Under the pieces are notes generated by a model, which saw only the letters and a program-made list of their open reading frames with translations, had not been told where the DNA came from and did no database searches. Shown in pieces: positions 8,357 through 18,306 of a stretch of 64,000 nucleotides of DNA (position 1 is its first letter; each line of letters starts with the position of its first letter). A program made the translations under genes and the position numbers. Origin of the DNA: Nitrospirota bacterium (lineage in GTDB: Bacteria; Nitrospirota; Thermodesulfovibrionia; Thermodesulfovibrionales; SM23-35); assembly GCA_040754395.1 (NCBI GenBank), contig JBFMCL010000008.1, forward strand, positions 50,823 to 114,822. The letters run 5' to 3'.

Positions 8357-11020
8357 ATGAACTGGTATCAATCAACTGTTAAGGAAATATTCGAGAAGCT
8401 TAGGGTGTCAGAGAGCGGGCTATCCGATTCAGAGATCAAAGAGCGCCTCCTGCAGTTCGGGCTGAACAAATTCATTGAAGAAGAGAAGACAAACAGACTG
8501 AAAATACTGATCCATCAGTTTACCAGTCCACTTATTTATATCCTGCTCATCGCCGGTGTGGTGACAATCTTTCTAAAGGAGTATATAGACTCAGGAGTAA
8601 TCTTTGCTGTTGTAATACTGAATGCAATTATCGGATATATACAGGAGTACAAGGCAGAGGAGAGTGTCAGGGCCCTCAAGAAAATGGTTGTTCCAAAAGC
8701 TAAGGTTCTGCGGGAAGGAAAAGAGAAAGAAATCAACAGCGAAGATCTTGTGCCGGGGGATATTGTTTTACTTGCATCAGGAGTGAGGGTGCCTGCAGAT
8801 CTCAGACTGTTTAAAACAATTGAACTGAGGGTTGAAGAAGCAATGCTGACCGGAGAGTCCCTGCCTGCTGAAAAAGTAACTTCCCCGATCAAAGAAGCAA
8901 ACCTGACGCCCGGTGATCAGAAAAATATGGCATTTATGGGCACAATTGTCGTAAGTGGCAGGGCAAAAGGCGTTGTTGTTGAGACAGGGCATAGCACTGT
9001 CCTCGGACAGATTGCCACCGAAGTCAGGGAAGTGGTGGTGATAAAGACCCCGCTTCAAGATAAACTTATGCGGTTTGCAAAGTTAATAGGAATTCTTGTC
9101 ATAGCTTTCTCAGCCTTGGTCTTTGGAGTAGGAATGTTGTTGGGAGGAAAGGCTTCCGAGATGTTTATGATTGCCGTAGCTACGGCAGTCTCAGCAATTC
9201 CCGAAGGGCTGCCGGTCGCGGTAACGATAACAATGGCCATAGGGGTTGCGAGAATGGCAAGGCGCAACGCCGTCATAAGAAAATTACCTGCGGTCGAGAC
9301 ACTCGGGAGCACAACCATTATAGGATCAGATAAGACGGGCACCCTCACAAAAAATGAAATGACCGTAAGGGTGGTGTACGATGGCGAAAAGGCATACAGA
9401 ATAAGCGGAATCGGATATGAACCAAAGGGGGAAATCCTCTATCAACTTGAACCAGTCGATATCAAGGCATCTGCAAACCTGCTCATGGTCTTTAGGATAG
9501 GCATGCTCTGCAATGAATCCAGTATTTATGAGGAGCAAGGTGAGTTTAAGGTAGATGGTGATCCGACAGAAGGGGCATTAATCGTTTCTGCAATGAAAGC
9601 AGGTCTTAACCTTATAGAGGAAACGAGACACTATCCTCAAACAGCAATAATACCGTTTGAGTCTGAGCATGGGTATATGGCAACCCTTCACAGACACAGC
9701 GGAAAAAAGTTTATTTTTGTGAAAGGTGCTCCAGAAAAAATACTCGATATGTGCACTGAATGTGCAGTAAAGGATAAGATCGAGATAAAAGAAATACTGA
9801 ATAAAGCCAACCTTTTTGCCAGAGAAGGCATGAGGGTCCTTGCCATGGCTTATAAGGAAGCACCTCATGATATTGATGAGATAACCCATCATGATATTGA
9901 GGGAAATCTTGTATACGTTGGGTTACAGGGAATGATCGACCCACCAAGAACAGATGTGATGGATGCAGTGAAAGGCTGCAAAAAAGCCGGCATTAAGGTT
10001 GTGATGATCACGGGAGACCATGCTGCTACAGCCTCAGCAATAGCAAAGATGCTCGGAATATCAAGTGAGGAATCCGGAGTTATGACCGGCAAAGAGATAG
10101 AAGCAATGAGTGATGATGAACTCTTCAATAAGGTCAAAGACATTTCTGTATTTGCAAGGGTCTCACCCCAGCATAAACTCAGGATAGTTGAGCAGTTGAT
10201 TCGATATGGAGAAGTCGTTGCTGTGACGGGTGATGGAGTTAATGATGCACCGGCCCTCAGGGCAGCGCATATAGGAATCGCAATGGGGAAGTCGGGAACT
10301 GATGTTGCAAAAGAAGCATCTGATATGGTTCTCGCAGACGATAACTTTGCCAGTATTTTCGCTGCAGTTGAAGAAGGAAGAGTTGTATACGACAACATAA
10401 AAAAGGTTACTCTTTTCCTCATCTCATGTGGATTGGGAGAATTGATTGCCATCATCGGGACAATCGTCATGGGATACCCTATTCCCTATATCCCTGCACA
10501 GATTCTCTGGCTTAATCTCGTAACGAATGGCCTGCAGGATGTTGCTCTTGCCTTTGAACCAGCAGAAAGAGGTGTATTGAACAGATCTCCAAGGAATCCA
10601 AAGGAAGGCATTTTATCAAGCCTTATGGTACAGAGAACATTATTAATGGGAATAACGCTGGCTGCCGGAACACTGTTTTTATTTATCTCAAACCTTAACG
10701 CAGGGGTGCCTCTTGAAAGGGCGCGCACAATTGCCCTCACAACAATGGTTTTTTTCCAATTCTACCAGGCATTCAACTGCCGTTCAGAGACGCGATCCAT
10801 TTTCAAAATGAGTCCGATAAGCAATCCATTGCTGTTTATCAGCATGATTGCTGCATTCCTTGCACAACTATCGGTGATTTATGTCCCGGCGTTCCAGTGG
10901 GTCTTCAGGACAGTGCCGATTACAATGAACGAGTGGGTGCAAATATTTCTGGTCTCCACTACAGTCATACTTGTAGTTGAGATGGATAAATGGATAAGGG
11001 GGAGAAAACCAGGTCGTTAG
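8357..11020 (+). CDS. Cation-transporting P-type ATPase (type IIA, Ca2+-like)
   Basis: TGES, PEGL, DKTGTLT phosphorylation site, KGAPE, TGD, GDGVND; M6 LWLNLVTNG. Confidence 0.95.
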   Translation: MNWYQSTVKEIFEKLRVSESGLSDSEIKERLLQFGLNKFIEEEKTNRLKILIHQFTSPLIYILLIAGVVTIFLKEYIDSGVIFAVVILNAIIGYIQEYKAEESVRALKKMVVPKAKVLREGKEKEINSEDLVPGDIVLLASGVRVPADLRLFKTIELRVEEAMLTGESLPAEKVTSPIKEANLTPGDQKNMAFMGTIVVSGRAKGVVVETGHSTVLGQIATEVREVVVIKTPLQDKLMRFAKLIGILVIAFSALVFGVGMLLGGKASEMFMIAVATAVSAIPEGLPVAVTITMAIGVARMARRNAVIRKLPAVETLGSTTIIGSDKTGTLTKNEMTVRVVYDGEKAYRISGIGYEPKGEILYQLEPVDIKASANLLMVFRIGMLCNESSIYEEQGEFKVDGDPTEGALIVSAMKAGLNLIEETRHYPQTAIIPFESEHGYMATLHRHSGKKFIFVKGAPEKILDMCTECAVKDKIEIKEILNKANLFAREGMRVLAMAYKEAPHDIDEITHHDIEGNLVYVGLQGMIDPPRTDVMDAVKGCKKAGIKVVMITGDHAATASAIAKMLGISSEESGVMTGKEIEAMSDDELFNKVKDISVFARVSPQHKLRIVEQLIRYGEVVAVTGDGVNDAPALRAAHIGIAMGKSGTDVAKEASDMVLADDNFASIFAAVEEGRVVYDNIKKVTLFLISCGLGELIAIIGTIVMGYPIPYIPAQILWLNLVTNGLQDVALAFEPAERGVLNRSPRNPKEGILSSLMVQRTLLMGITLAAGTLFLFISNLNAGVPLERARTIALTTMVFFQFYQAFNCRSETRSIFKMSPISNPLLFISMIAAFLAQLSVIYVPAFQWVFRTVPITMNEWVQIFLVSTTVILVVEMDKWIRGRKPGR

Positions 11021-11146
11021 CTCTACCGCGGTTTTAAAATGCTTAATAAAAATATTACATAGAGCGGCTGTAATGTTTCGGGTTTCGCGTATCGGGATAA
11101 ATGAACCAGGCATATGCACTTCAGCGGCGGAAACAGGGGGAAGCCA

Positions 11147-12841
11147 GTGAATGAACAGAGGACAATAGCATACTTTTCTATGGAAATAGGACTTGAAGCC
11201 CGGATGCCAACTTACAGCGGCGGCTTGGGTGTGCTGGCGGGAGATACGATCCGCTCCGCAGCTGATCTCAAAGTTCCTATGGTAGCGGTCACGCTGCTTC
11301 AACGCAAGGGATACTTTCGCCAGAAGCTTGATGCAAGCGGGTGGCAGACTGAGGAGCCTGTCGAGTGGGCTGTTGAAAGTATTTTGGAAGAGATACCAAA
11401 GAAAACCTTTATCACTATCGAGGGACGGAATGTTTATCTTCGTTCCTGGAAATATGAAGTCAACGGCATCGGAGATTTTAAAGTACCGGTGTATTTCCTG
11501 GATTCGGATCATCCGGAAAATTCCGAATGGGACAGAACACTGACCCATTTCCTTTACGGAGGGGACCAGTATTATCGCCTCTGTCAGGAGGTAATACTCG
11601 GTATCGGCGGCGTGAGGATGCTCCGTACCCTTGGATATGAAAACATTAAGCGGTTCCATATGAATGAAGGACATGCTAGCCTTCTTGCATTGGAGCTTCT
11701 CAATGAACAGGCAGGAAAAACAGGGCGAGAGCCAACCCGGCCTGAAGATATTGAAGCTGTCAGAGAACAATGCATTTTCACAACTCACACGCCGGTACCG
11801 GCAGGACATGATCAATTCCCCATTGAATTAATACGCCGCATCATAGGGCCCCGTGAAGAAATTTTTAAAATAAAAGATATTTTCCTGTATAACAACCTGT
11901 TTAATATGACGTATCTTGCTTTGAATATGAGCCGCTTTATTAATGGAGTAGCAAAAAAACACGGGGAAGTTTCACAGTTGATGTTTGAAGGGTATACAAT
12001 CGATGCCATCACGAACGGAGTTCATGCAGCGACTTGGACCACAAAACCCTTTCAGAACCTTTATGATCGGTATATCCCTGGCTGGAGAGAGGACAATTTC
12101 AGCCTCCGATATGCTCTAAGCATCCCGAAGCACGAGGTCTGGGACGCCCATGCTTTGGCGAAGAATGAATTGATTCAGCATGTGAACCGAGAAACTGGTA
12201 CCGCGATGGATTCAGACATCCTGACGCTGGGTTTTGCACGGAGATCGACGACTTACAAGAGAGGAGAACTTCTTTTTCAGGATAGTGAGAGGCTCAAAAG
12301 AATATCATCGGAGGTCGGCAGGTTTCAGGTAATTTACGCCGGCAAAGCTCATCCGCAAGACTCTGCGGGCAAGGAGATCATCAAGCGAATCTTTCATGCA
12401 AAAGAATCCCTCAAGGCGAACATAAAGATCGCTTATCTTGAAAATTACGACATGGAGATAGGAAAGCTCATAACATCAGGGGTTGATGTATGGTTGAATA
12501 CCCCTCAACCGCCCCTCGAAGCCTCAGGGACAAGCGGGATGAAAGCAGCCCTTAACGGCGTCCCAAGCCTGAGCGTTTTGGACGGTTGGTGGATTGAAGG
12601 GTATATAGACGGAATTACTGGATGGTCTATTGGTGAGGTTGGCAGGGGAGCCGAAGCGAGCAGTGACTGGTCAAATGATGCCTTGTCTCTTTACAATAAG
12701 CTGGAGAATATTGTTATTCCACTTTTCTATCATGATAGGGACCGCTTCATCGAGATGATGCGCTCTTCCATTGCCCTGAACGGGTCGTTTTTCAATACCC
12801 AGAGAATGATGCTGCAGTATGTGTTGAAGGCGTATTTCTGA
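11147..12841 (+). CDS. glgP: Alpha-glucan phosphorylase, short form
   Basis: [42 protein letters not shown] (PLP lysine); GTG 11147 or ATG 11114 start. Confidence 0.93.
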   Translation: MNEQRTIAYFSMEIGLEARMPTYSGGLGVLAGDTIRSAADLKVPMVAVTLLQRKGYFRQKLDASGWQTEEPVEWAVESILEEIPKKTFITIEGRNVYLRSWKYEVNGIGDFKVPVYFLDSDHPENSEWDRTLTHFLYGGDQYYRLCQEVILGIGGVRMLRTLGYENIKRFHMNEGHASLLALELLNEQAGKTGREPTRPEDIEAVREQCIFTTHTPVPAGHDQFPIELIRRIIGPREEIFKIKDIFLYNNLFNMTYLALNMSRFINGVAKKHGEVSQLMFEGYTIDAITNGVHAATWTTKPFQNLYDRYIPGWREDNFSLRYALSIPKHEVWDAHALAKNELIQHVNRETGTAMDSDILTLGFARRSTTYKRGELLFQDSERLKRISSEVGRFQVIYAGKAHPQDSAGKEIIKRIFHAKESLKANIKIAYLENYDMEIGKLITSGVDVWLNTPQPPLEASGTSGMKAALNGVPSLSVLDGWWIEGYIDGITGWSIGEVGRGAEASSDWSNDALSLYNKLENIVIPLFYHDRDRFIEMMRSSIALNGSFFNTQRMMLQYVLKAYF

Positions 12842-12904
12842 ACTTTTCTCCAGTTTCACGTTACGACAGGTCTTGTGAATAGTCCCGTAGACAAAGGAAC
12901 AATC

Positions 12905-13050
12905 ATGAAATATCTGGAGAGGGTTGAAAGAGTAATCGTTATATCGTTCTTAGTGATGATAGTGTTGGTTGTATTTCTTTCCACCGTGGATTCGGGATGA
13001 ATTAATAAAAATATTACCACTCCCTGTATTATTAACGTTACCAACAATTG
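12905..13050 (+). pseudogene. Remnant of a PsiE-like (phosphate-starvation-inducible) membrane protein gene
   Basis: MKYLERVERVIVISFLVMIVLVVFLSTVDSG* then INKNITTP; stop at the expected Trp and the rest decayed. Confidence 0.55.
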
Positions 13051-13755
13051 TTAGTGTACTCCGCGGTCTGAGAGAATTAACCGCAGTGCACATTAGTTGA
13101 AGAAATGTTAAAGGTTCTTGAAGCCCTAAAATCGTTTGGTAGTGGCTGTACAAGCACCGGGGTAAACATTTCTTAAAGGTTCATTAGCTGAAATTCTTTT
13201 ACTTCAGAGCTGGCGTTTGCTCCGAATGATATTCAACGTTTTTTAGAATATTTCGTGACTCTCTCTTTGCAGGTGAACAGCGTAGAATCAGATTATCACA
13301 GTAACTGGGAGAATGCCAAAGCTTAGAACAATAGTCCGTTTCTTCAGAAAACTGGCCGGATTAAAATATCGCAAAAGAAACCTATTTCGACAGATCGAGA
13401 GCCGAGACCCCAACTTTGAGGGATAATACGACCTCGTGAGGGACAATACAGGGCTTCTCACTAAACTTGAGAATCTGGATAAAGGGGCTATAAGCACGTC
13501 GGATAGTCGTAACGATCGGAGGTCAAGTTTGACTGTGGTGAGAGAATATGTCGAAAGCAATATTTATGGATAAATAGGGAAACATCACAAATTCTATCAT
13601 GATTCCATTCATAGATTTCCCTTCAATAGCTACCCCTCATGTCAAGAAAATGGGATGTGTCCCTGTTAACAAGAAATGGGAGCAGGAATTATCATATGCC
13701 GTTTTACTCAGGAGGGCGGCGCAATACGCTCACCCTCCTGATATGCTTCGCTGGG

Positions 13756-14913
13756 TTAGAAGGCAGCAACAATCTGAAGGGAAATCCGGTTATCTCTCGT
13801 AACATCGTCTGGTTTATCAGTTTGCGTCCAGTATTCAATAAAACCTTTGATATTCTCTGTGAAATAATATCCTATGTTCATGGTCAGTTCTTTGTATTTA
13901 TCGTCTCCGTCATTTTCCTCGTAACTGTCGAACCTCACAAGGGGGACAATTAGGGGTCGGGCATCCTTTTTCCATACATAAAAGGCCTGGGTATACCATG
14001 CATTATTATCCTCGCTCCCCGAGGCTTCCCTGTCGTCCTTTGCATGAAGATAGGCACCTGTGAGCCTGACATTGGAATAATCCACCTGAATATCAAAACC
14101 ATATCGGCTGAAATCGCGCTTTACATCGTCTTCCTCCCATCTGCCGGTAATGCCAAACCCTCCTATGGATAATTCAGGGATTATATCCACTGCAAGCCTC
14201 CCATGGAAATTATTCGCATTTTCTCCTTCAGCATCATCCGCAACGCCGCTGAATCCAACACTGTAGAATAATTTTTCAAATGACCTTCCGTATAATGCAA
14301 CTGTCTGACGGGAACTGTCGAGAGTCCCGTCGTTATCAGCTCCGCCAAACGGAGTATCAATAACTGAATAGGCGCCTCTCGTCAGTCTTCTTTTTCCTGA
14401 CAAAGTATCATAAGGATCTGCCCATAGTACCGGTGAATAGGACAACTGGATGTTCAGTGCCTGCATCGGATGATACCCGAGAACACCGGTGCTGATCTCA
14501 GGGTCGAAATCTTCCTCATCTTCTGCTTCTATCTCGAGGAATCCCGACACATTCTTGTACAACAACCCTGCCACCATTAACTCCACTTCATGCAATGCCC
14601 TGACTTTTCTGGCTCCGCTCTTTTTCTCATCATATGGCCGTGAGACTATAACCGCAGAAAGAGGCACATGTCTATCCCATTGAAGGAAATCAGAAATACT
14701 CTCGGTTTTTTCATTGCCGGGAAACTTGTAGCCGTTTTCCTTAAACGTCCTCCCCATCTGATTCAACTGAGGCCATGCCAAATGGCAGCTGACACAATTC
14801 ATTTGGTACTTTCTTGCAAAAGCCGGTATCGCACTTGAGTCTTCCGGCATTAAACATACACAGAGAAATACCGCGGTGACTGTTAATGCAGTTATTACGA
14901 TAAAACGTCTCAT
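13756..14913 (-). CDS. Cyc2-like fused monoheme cytochrome c / outer-membrane beta-barrel
   Basis: Signal peptide then IPAFARKYQMNCVSCHLAWPQLNQMGRTFKENGY; amphipathic beta-strands; C-terminal Phe. Confidence 0.85.
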   Translation of the reverse strand: MRRFIVITALTVTAVFLCVCLMPEDSSAIPAFARKYQMNCVSCHLAWPQLNQMGRTFKENGYKFPGNEKTESISDFLQWDRHVPLSAVIVSRPYDEKKSGARKVRALHEVELMVAGLLYKNVSGFLEIEAEDEEDFDPEISTGVLGYHPMQALNIQLSYSPVLWADPYDTLSGKRRLTRGAYSVIDTPFGGADNDGTLDSSRQTVALYGRSFEKLFYSVGFSGVADDAEGENANNFHGRLAVDIIPELSIGGFGITGRWEEDDVKRDFSRYGFDIQVDYSNVRLTGAYLHAKDDREASGSEDNNAWYTQAFYVWKKDARPLIVPLVRFDSYEENDGDDKYKELTMNIGYYFTENIKGFIEYWTQTDKPDDVTRDNRISLQIVAAF

Positions 14914-15404
14914 GGTGTCTCCCTCCCTATTTTTTATGTGAACTGCCCCATCAAAGATGGATATTTACTTGAGACCAACATTGCTTTATCAGGCTCAACC
15001 AATGTTCAGATGGTATGTACATTTCGCGTCTCGAAGGACAACCACAATGCAATGTGAAAGCATGCGAAATCAGGCACGGGCAGGATTTATGCTAATTATT
15101 GTTTTCATGGCGGGGTAGGCTCTTTGCACATCTTTCTTTGGCAGAACAGGTATCCAGATACATGATTTTGCAATTAAGCAAGCCTGTAACAGCATTTTGA
15201 TGACAGGTTAACTTCGATTTATCACTAACCTGATGCGTCATGGATTTCCCTGCGCTGCCTTACTCAAAGTAAATTACATTATGCACATTTTGTCAAATTA
15301 TTGAATCGGATACTGACAACTTTATTCCGTTGATATTTCAGGAGGGGTTTCATCAGGCGGGATTGCTGCATTATATATAAATCATTTGGTAATATGAATG
15401 AACG

Positions 15405-15881
15405 ATGATTAACAACGATATATTGCGGCAATTACGGTATGCGCTGAGTCTGAACGATGCTTCGATAATCGAAATATTCAGGCTGGCGGGTTGTACAATT
15501 GCACAAAACCAGTTAAACGGTCTTCTCAGGAGTGAAGACGAAGAAGGTTTTGTGCGTTGCAGTGATGCGGATTTGGGATGCTTCCTGGACGGAATGATTT
15601 TGCAGCGAAGGGGAAGGAAGGAAACCGCGCAGGGTGAGACGATGAAAACACACCCACGGCTGACGAATAATGCGATACTGAAAAAACTGAGGATTGCCCT
15701 CGAGCTGAAAGAGGAAGATATGCGTACGATTCTGAAACTGGCAGATGTCGAAATATCAAAATCCGAACTTTCGGCATTATTCAGAAAGGAAGGGCATAGA
15801 AACTACAAGGAATGCGGTGATCAGTTTCTCCGAAAGTTCCTGAAGGGCCTTTCATTGCGATACGGAAACGAGAAATTCTGA
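15405..15881 (+). CDS. DUF1456 (YehS) family protein
   Basis: NNDILRQLRYAL, LTNNAILKKLRIAL, ECGDQFLRKFLKGL. Confidence 0.9.
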   Translation: MINNDILRQLRYALSLNDASIIEIFRLAGCTIAQNQLNGLLRSEDEEGFVRCSDADLGCFLDGMILQRRGRKETAQGETMKTHPRLTNNAILKKLRIALELKEEDMRTILKLADVEISKSELSALFRKEGHRNYKECGDQFLRKFLKGLSLRYGNEKF

Positions 15882-16069
15882 TCGGGTAGTCATGAGAAGG
15901 ATCGAGGCAGAATTGTCGTAAAGAATAGAGTCCTATTTTCCAAGAAAAAATGGTATTAAGAGAATTTGCAACTAAAGTTGTAATTTGAGGAATAATAACG
16001 TTGTGTTGATTTGACAATCGTACGAGCACATTTTTTGTGTGCTTGTAATATTTCATGGAAATACGATAT

Positions 16070-16090
16070 CCTTACAGTAAGGAGGTAAGG
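16070..16090 (+). promoter_or_regulatory. Palindromic operator candidate for the TA operon
   Basis: CCTTAC-A-GTAAGG inverted repeat plus an extra GTAAGG, overlapping the antitoxin RBS. Confidence 0.5.
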
Positions 16091-16093
16091 AAT

Positions 16094-16330
16094 ATGCTTG
16101 CCAAGAAGACTTCAAAGAATCAGCTCACGTTGCCAAAGGATGTTGTCAATGCCTTCCCTGAAACCGAATATTTCGATGTCACAGTGAAAGACCAAAAGAT
16201 AGTGCTTACCCCGGTTCGGATAACGCCGGTGAATGCAACGCTGGAGGGTGTCAGGAATAAGATGAAAAAGCTTGGCATTAGCCCCAACGATGTATCCGAA
16301 GCGATTCAATGGGCAAGAAAAAGGAAATAG
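16094..16330 (+). CDS. AbrB/MazE-like antitoxin
   Basis: MLAKKTSKNQLTLPK swapped-hairpin N-terminus; overlaps the PIN gene. Confidence 0.85.
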   Translation: MLAKKTSKNQLTLPKDVVNAFPETEYFDVTVKDQKIVLTPVRITPVNATLEGVRNKMKKLGISPNDVSEAIQWARKRK

Positions 16331-16734
16331 TCAGGGTTGTACTGGATACCAATGTGCTTGTCTCCTCCCTGCTTTTCAGGGGTGCAGTATCGGAATTAGT
16401 CACTCTGTGGGAAACAGGAAAGATAGTTCCGGTAGTCTCAAGGGAAACCTTTGATGAATTCCGAAAAGTGCTCATGTATCCAAAGTTTTCTCTGACTGAA
16501 GAGGAGATACAGGCGATAATTCATGACAATATTCTTCCATTTTTTGAAGTCTGCGATATCACAGAAAATATTAGCGGAATATGCAGGGATTCCGGGGACG
16601 ACAAATTCATCGCATGTGCTGTTGCCGCATCTGCAGATTTCATTGTAAGCGGAGACAAAGATCTGTGCGCATTGGGAAAATATCGATCCGTAAAGATCAT
16701 AACCGTGAACGCACTACTGAAAATGTTCAGATGA
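16309..16734 (+). CDS. PIN-domain toxin (VapC-like, PIN_3 type)
   Basis: VVLDTNVLVS, CRDSGDDKFIACA, IVSGDKDL. Confidence 0.9.
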   Translation: MGKKKEIVRVVLDTNVLVSSLLFRGAVSELVTLWETGKIVPVVSRETFDEFRKVLMYPKFSLTEEEIQAIIHDNILPFFEVCDITENISGICRDSGDDKFIACAVAASADFIVSGDKDLCALGKYRSVKIITVNALLKMFR

Positions 16735-16816
16735 AAATGGAGTCGGATTTCTCCGGAGGCGGTAACGTTCTGATCAGGTATAATAGTACGAAGAGCGGGA
16801 TACACTCCTGATACCA

Positions 16817-17389
16817 ATGGCACGGAAAAAGCACGCGATCATAGATATCGACAATACGCTGTGGCATTTCTGCGACATGCTCCATGAGCAATTGCTGCGG
16901 ATCAACCCTTCTTTTCCCCCGACGGATGAATGGATTGACTGGGATTTCTGGCAGCATTTCTGCTCAGAAAGCGAATTCATGAATGCCATTCATCACGTGC
17001 ATTTCAACCAGGACGATGAGAAACACATGCCCTATCCAGAGGCACAATACTTTCTTCAGACACTCAGGGACGAGGGGTTTCATATTACCATAGCCAGTCA
17101 TCGTTCAGAGGCAAGCAGGAAGCCCACCGAGCGGTGGCTGCACAGGCATGGCCTTCCTTTTCATAACCTGCACCTCTCGTTCAACAAAGCGGTCCTCTTT
17201 GAGGAAAACTGCTGCGTTGTCGTGGATGATGCTCCGATGGTACTGGAAAAGGCAAAAGAAAAAGGGCTGATAAGTGCGGGGTTATTATTCCCCTGGAACA
17301 GGCTTTACCGCGAAAACGGCTTTGTCCTCTTCGATAACCTTAATGATATCCTACGGTTTGTCCTCGGAAAGTATGCAGAACATGCATGA
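16817..17389 (+). CDS. HAD-superfamily hydrolase, 5'(3')-nucleotidase-like
   Basis: IIDIDNTL (motif I), IASHR, VVDDAP, PWN. Confidence 0.75.
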   Translation: MARKKHAIIDIDNTLWHFCDMLHEQLLRINPSFPPTDEWIDWDFWQHFCSESEFMNAIHHVHFNQDDEKHMPYPEAQYFLQTLRDEGFHITIASHRSEASRKPTERWLHRHGLPFHNLHLSFNKAVLFEENCCVVVDDAPMVLEKAKEKGLISAGLLFPWNRLYRENGFVLFDNLNDILRFVLGKYAEHA

Positions 17390-17468
17390 AAGCGCATCTG
17401 TTCCGTTCGGTCAGGAAAACTCTTCATTACTGCATTGGAATGATGGTGCCGGCGCAATAGGGTGGATA

Positions 17469-17546
17469 TGGCGGGGTGGACGGGACTTGAACCCGCGACC
17501 TCTGGCTTGACAGGCCAGCGTTCTAACCAAGCTGAACTACCACCCC
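17469..17546 (-). tRNA. tRNA-Asp(GTC)
   Basis: GGGGTGGTAGTTCAGCTTGGTTAGAACGCTGGCCT-GTC-AAGCCAGAGGTCGCGGGTTCAAGTCCCGTCCACCCCGCCA; cloverleaf, encoded CCA. Confidence 0.97.
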
Positions 17547-17609
17547 GTGACAACCAAATCACTGCAGAATAAAACTCACGATATACCTCTGTCTACAGTA
17601 GCAAGACTA

Positions 17610-17685
17610 TGGTAGGCGGAACAGGGCTTGAACCTGTGACCCCAGCCTTGTAAGGGCTGTGCTCTCCCAACTGAGCTATCCGCCC
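17610..17685 (-). tRNA. tRNA-Val(TAC)
   Basis: GGGCGGATAGCTCAGTTGGGAGAGCACAGCCCT-TAC-AAGGCTGGGGTCACAGGTTCAAGCCCTGTTCCGCCTACCA. Confidence 0.97.
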
Positions 17686-17695
17686 AAGAATTAAT

Positions 17696-17725
17696 TTTAT
17701 ACACTATGGCGGCTTCTTTTGTCAA
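17696..17725 (-). promoter_or_regulatory. Sigma70 promoter of the tRNA-Val/tRNA-Asp operon
   Basis: TTGACA-N18-TATAAA 10 nt upstream of tRNA-Val. Confidence 0.65.
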
Positions 17726-17745
17726 TTGCACGATGCGGATCGCGG

Positions 17746-18051
17746 TTACTGCTTCAGGGAAACCGTACCGTCTGAAGGGTTATAATCGTAGCGTGACAGG
17801 TCAACGTCGCCTCTCAGCAGCTCTTTTACTGCATCGAGATTTTCCGGGTATTTGTCATGTGACGCACGATATGCCGCGACAGCCTTTCTGACCGCATCGA
17901 GATTTGCCATTTCCCCTGCCTGCTGCCCCTTCCTGTAGGAACTGACAAGGCTGTCTCCGTATTCACTCACAGGATTTTTCGGTTTCTGGTCACATGCAAG
18001 CATACACAGTGACGCGATGCTTATGACAAGGATAGCGAATGATCTTTTCAT
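17746..18051 (-). CDS. Hypothetical lipoprotein
   Basis: MKRSFAILVISIASLCMLAC lipobox-type signal. Confidence 0.75.
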   Translation of the reverse strand: MKRSFAILVISIASLCMLACDQKPKNPVSEYGDSLVSSYRKGQQAGEMANLDAVRKAVAAYRASHDKYPENLDAVKELLRGDVDLSRYDYNPSDGTVSLKQ

Positions 18052-18088
18052 GAATATATTCTACCCACAAAGGCGGAGGTGCTGTCAA

Positions 18089-18262
18089 ATGTCACGGTCG
18101 GAAAGCCTCAGGGAATCCGGGTCGGAATACTTCCACTGGTATCTCAGTATTGTGCCCCGGATAGGGCAGTCGTCAGGCTTTGAGCTCGGGTCCGGAATGT
18201 ATACGAATCCGTCTGGTCCCGAGCAGGTGGCCGAATTCCTCAGAAACGTTGCGATCAGATAA
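18089..18262 (+). pseudogene. C-terminal fragment of galactose-1-phosphate uridylyltransferase (GalT-like)
   Basis: YFHWYLSIVPRIGQSSGFELGSGMYTNPSGPEQVAEFLR matches the GalT C-terminal motif; rest of the gene absent. Confidence 0.65.
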
Positions 18263-18306
18263 TCTGCCTAAAAGTATTCATTCAACCTTGCGGTCTTTCC
18301 TTCATG

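Noticed and set aside
12905..13000. TGA at a Trp position suggesting an alternative genetic code
   Set aside because: Many intact genes here end in TGA and use TGG for Trp, and the surrounding sequence is decayed.
13310..13575. Plus-strand reading frame with one internal TAA
   Set aside because: No recognisable family, so it cannot be supported as a gene or pseudogene.
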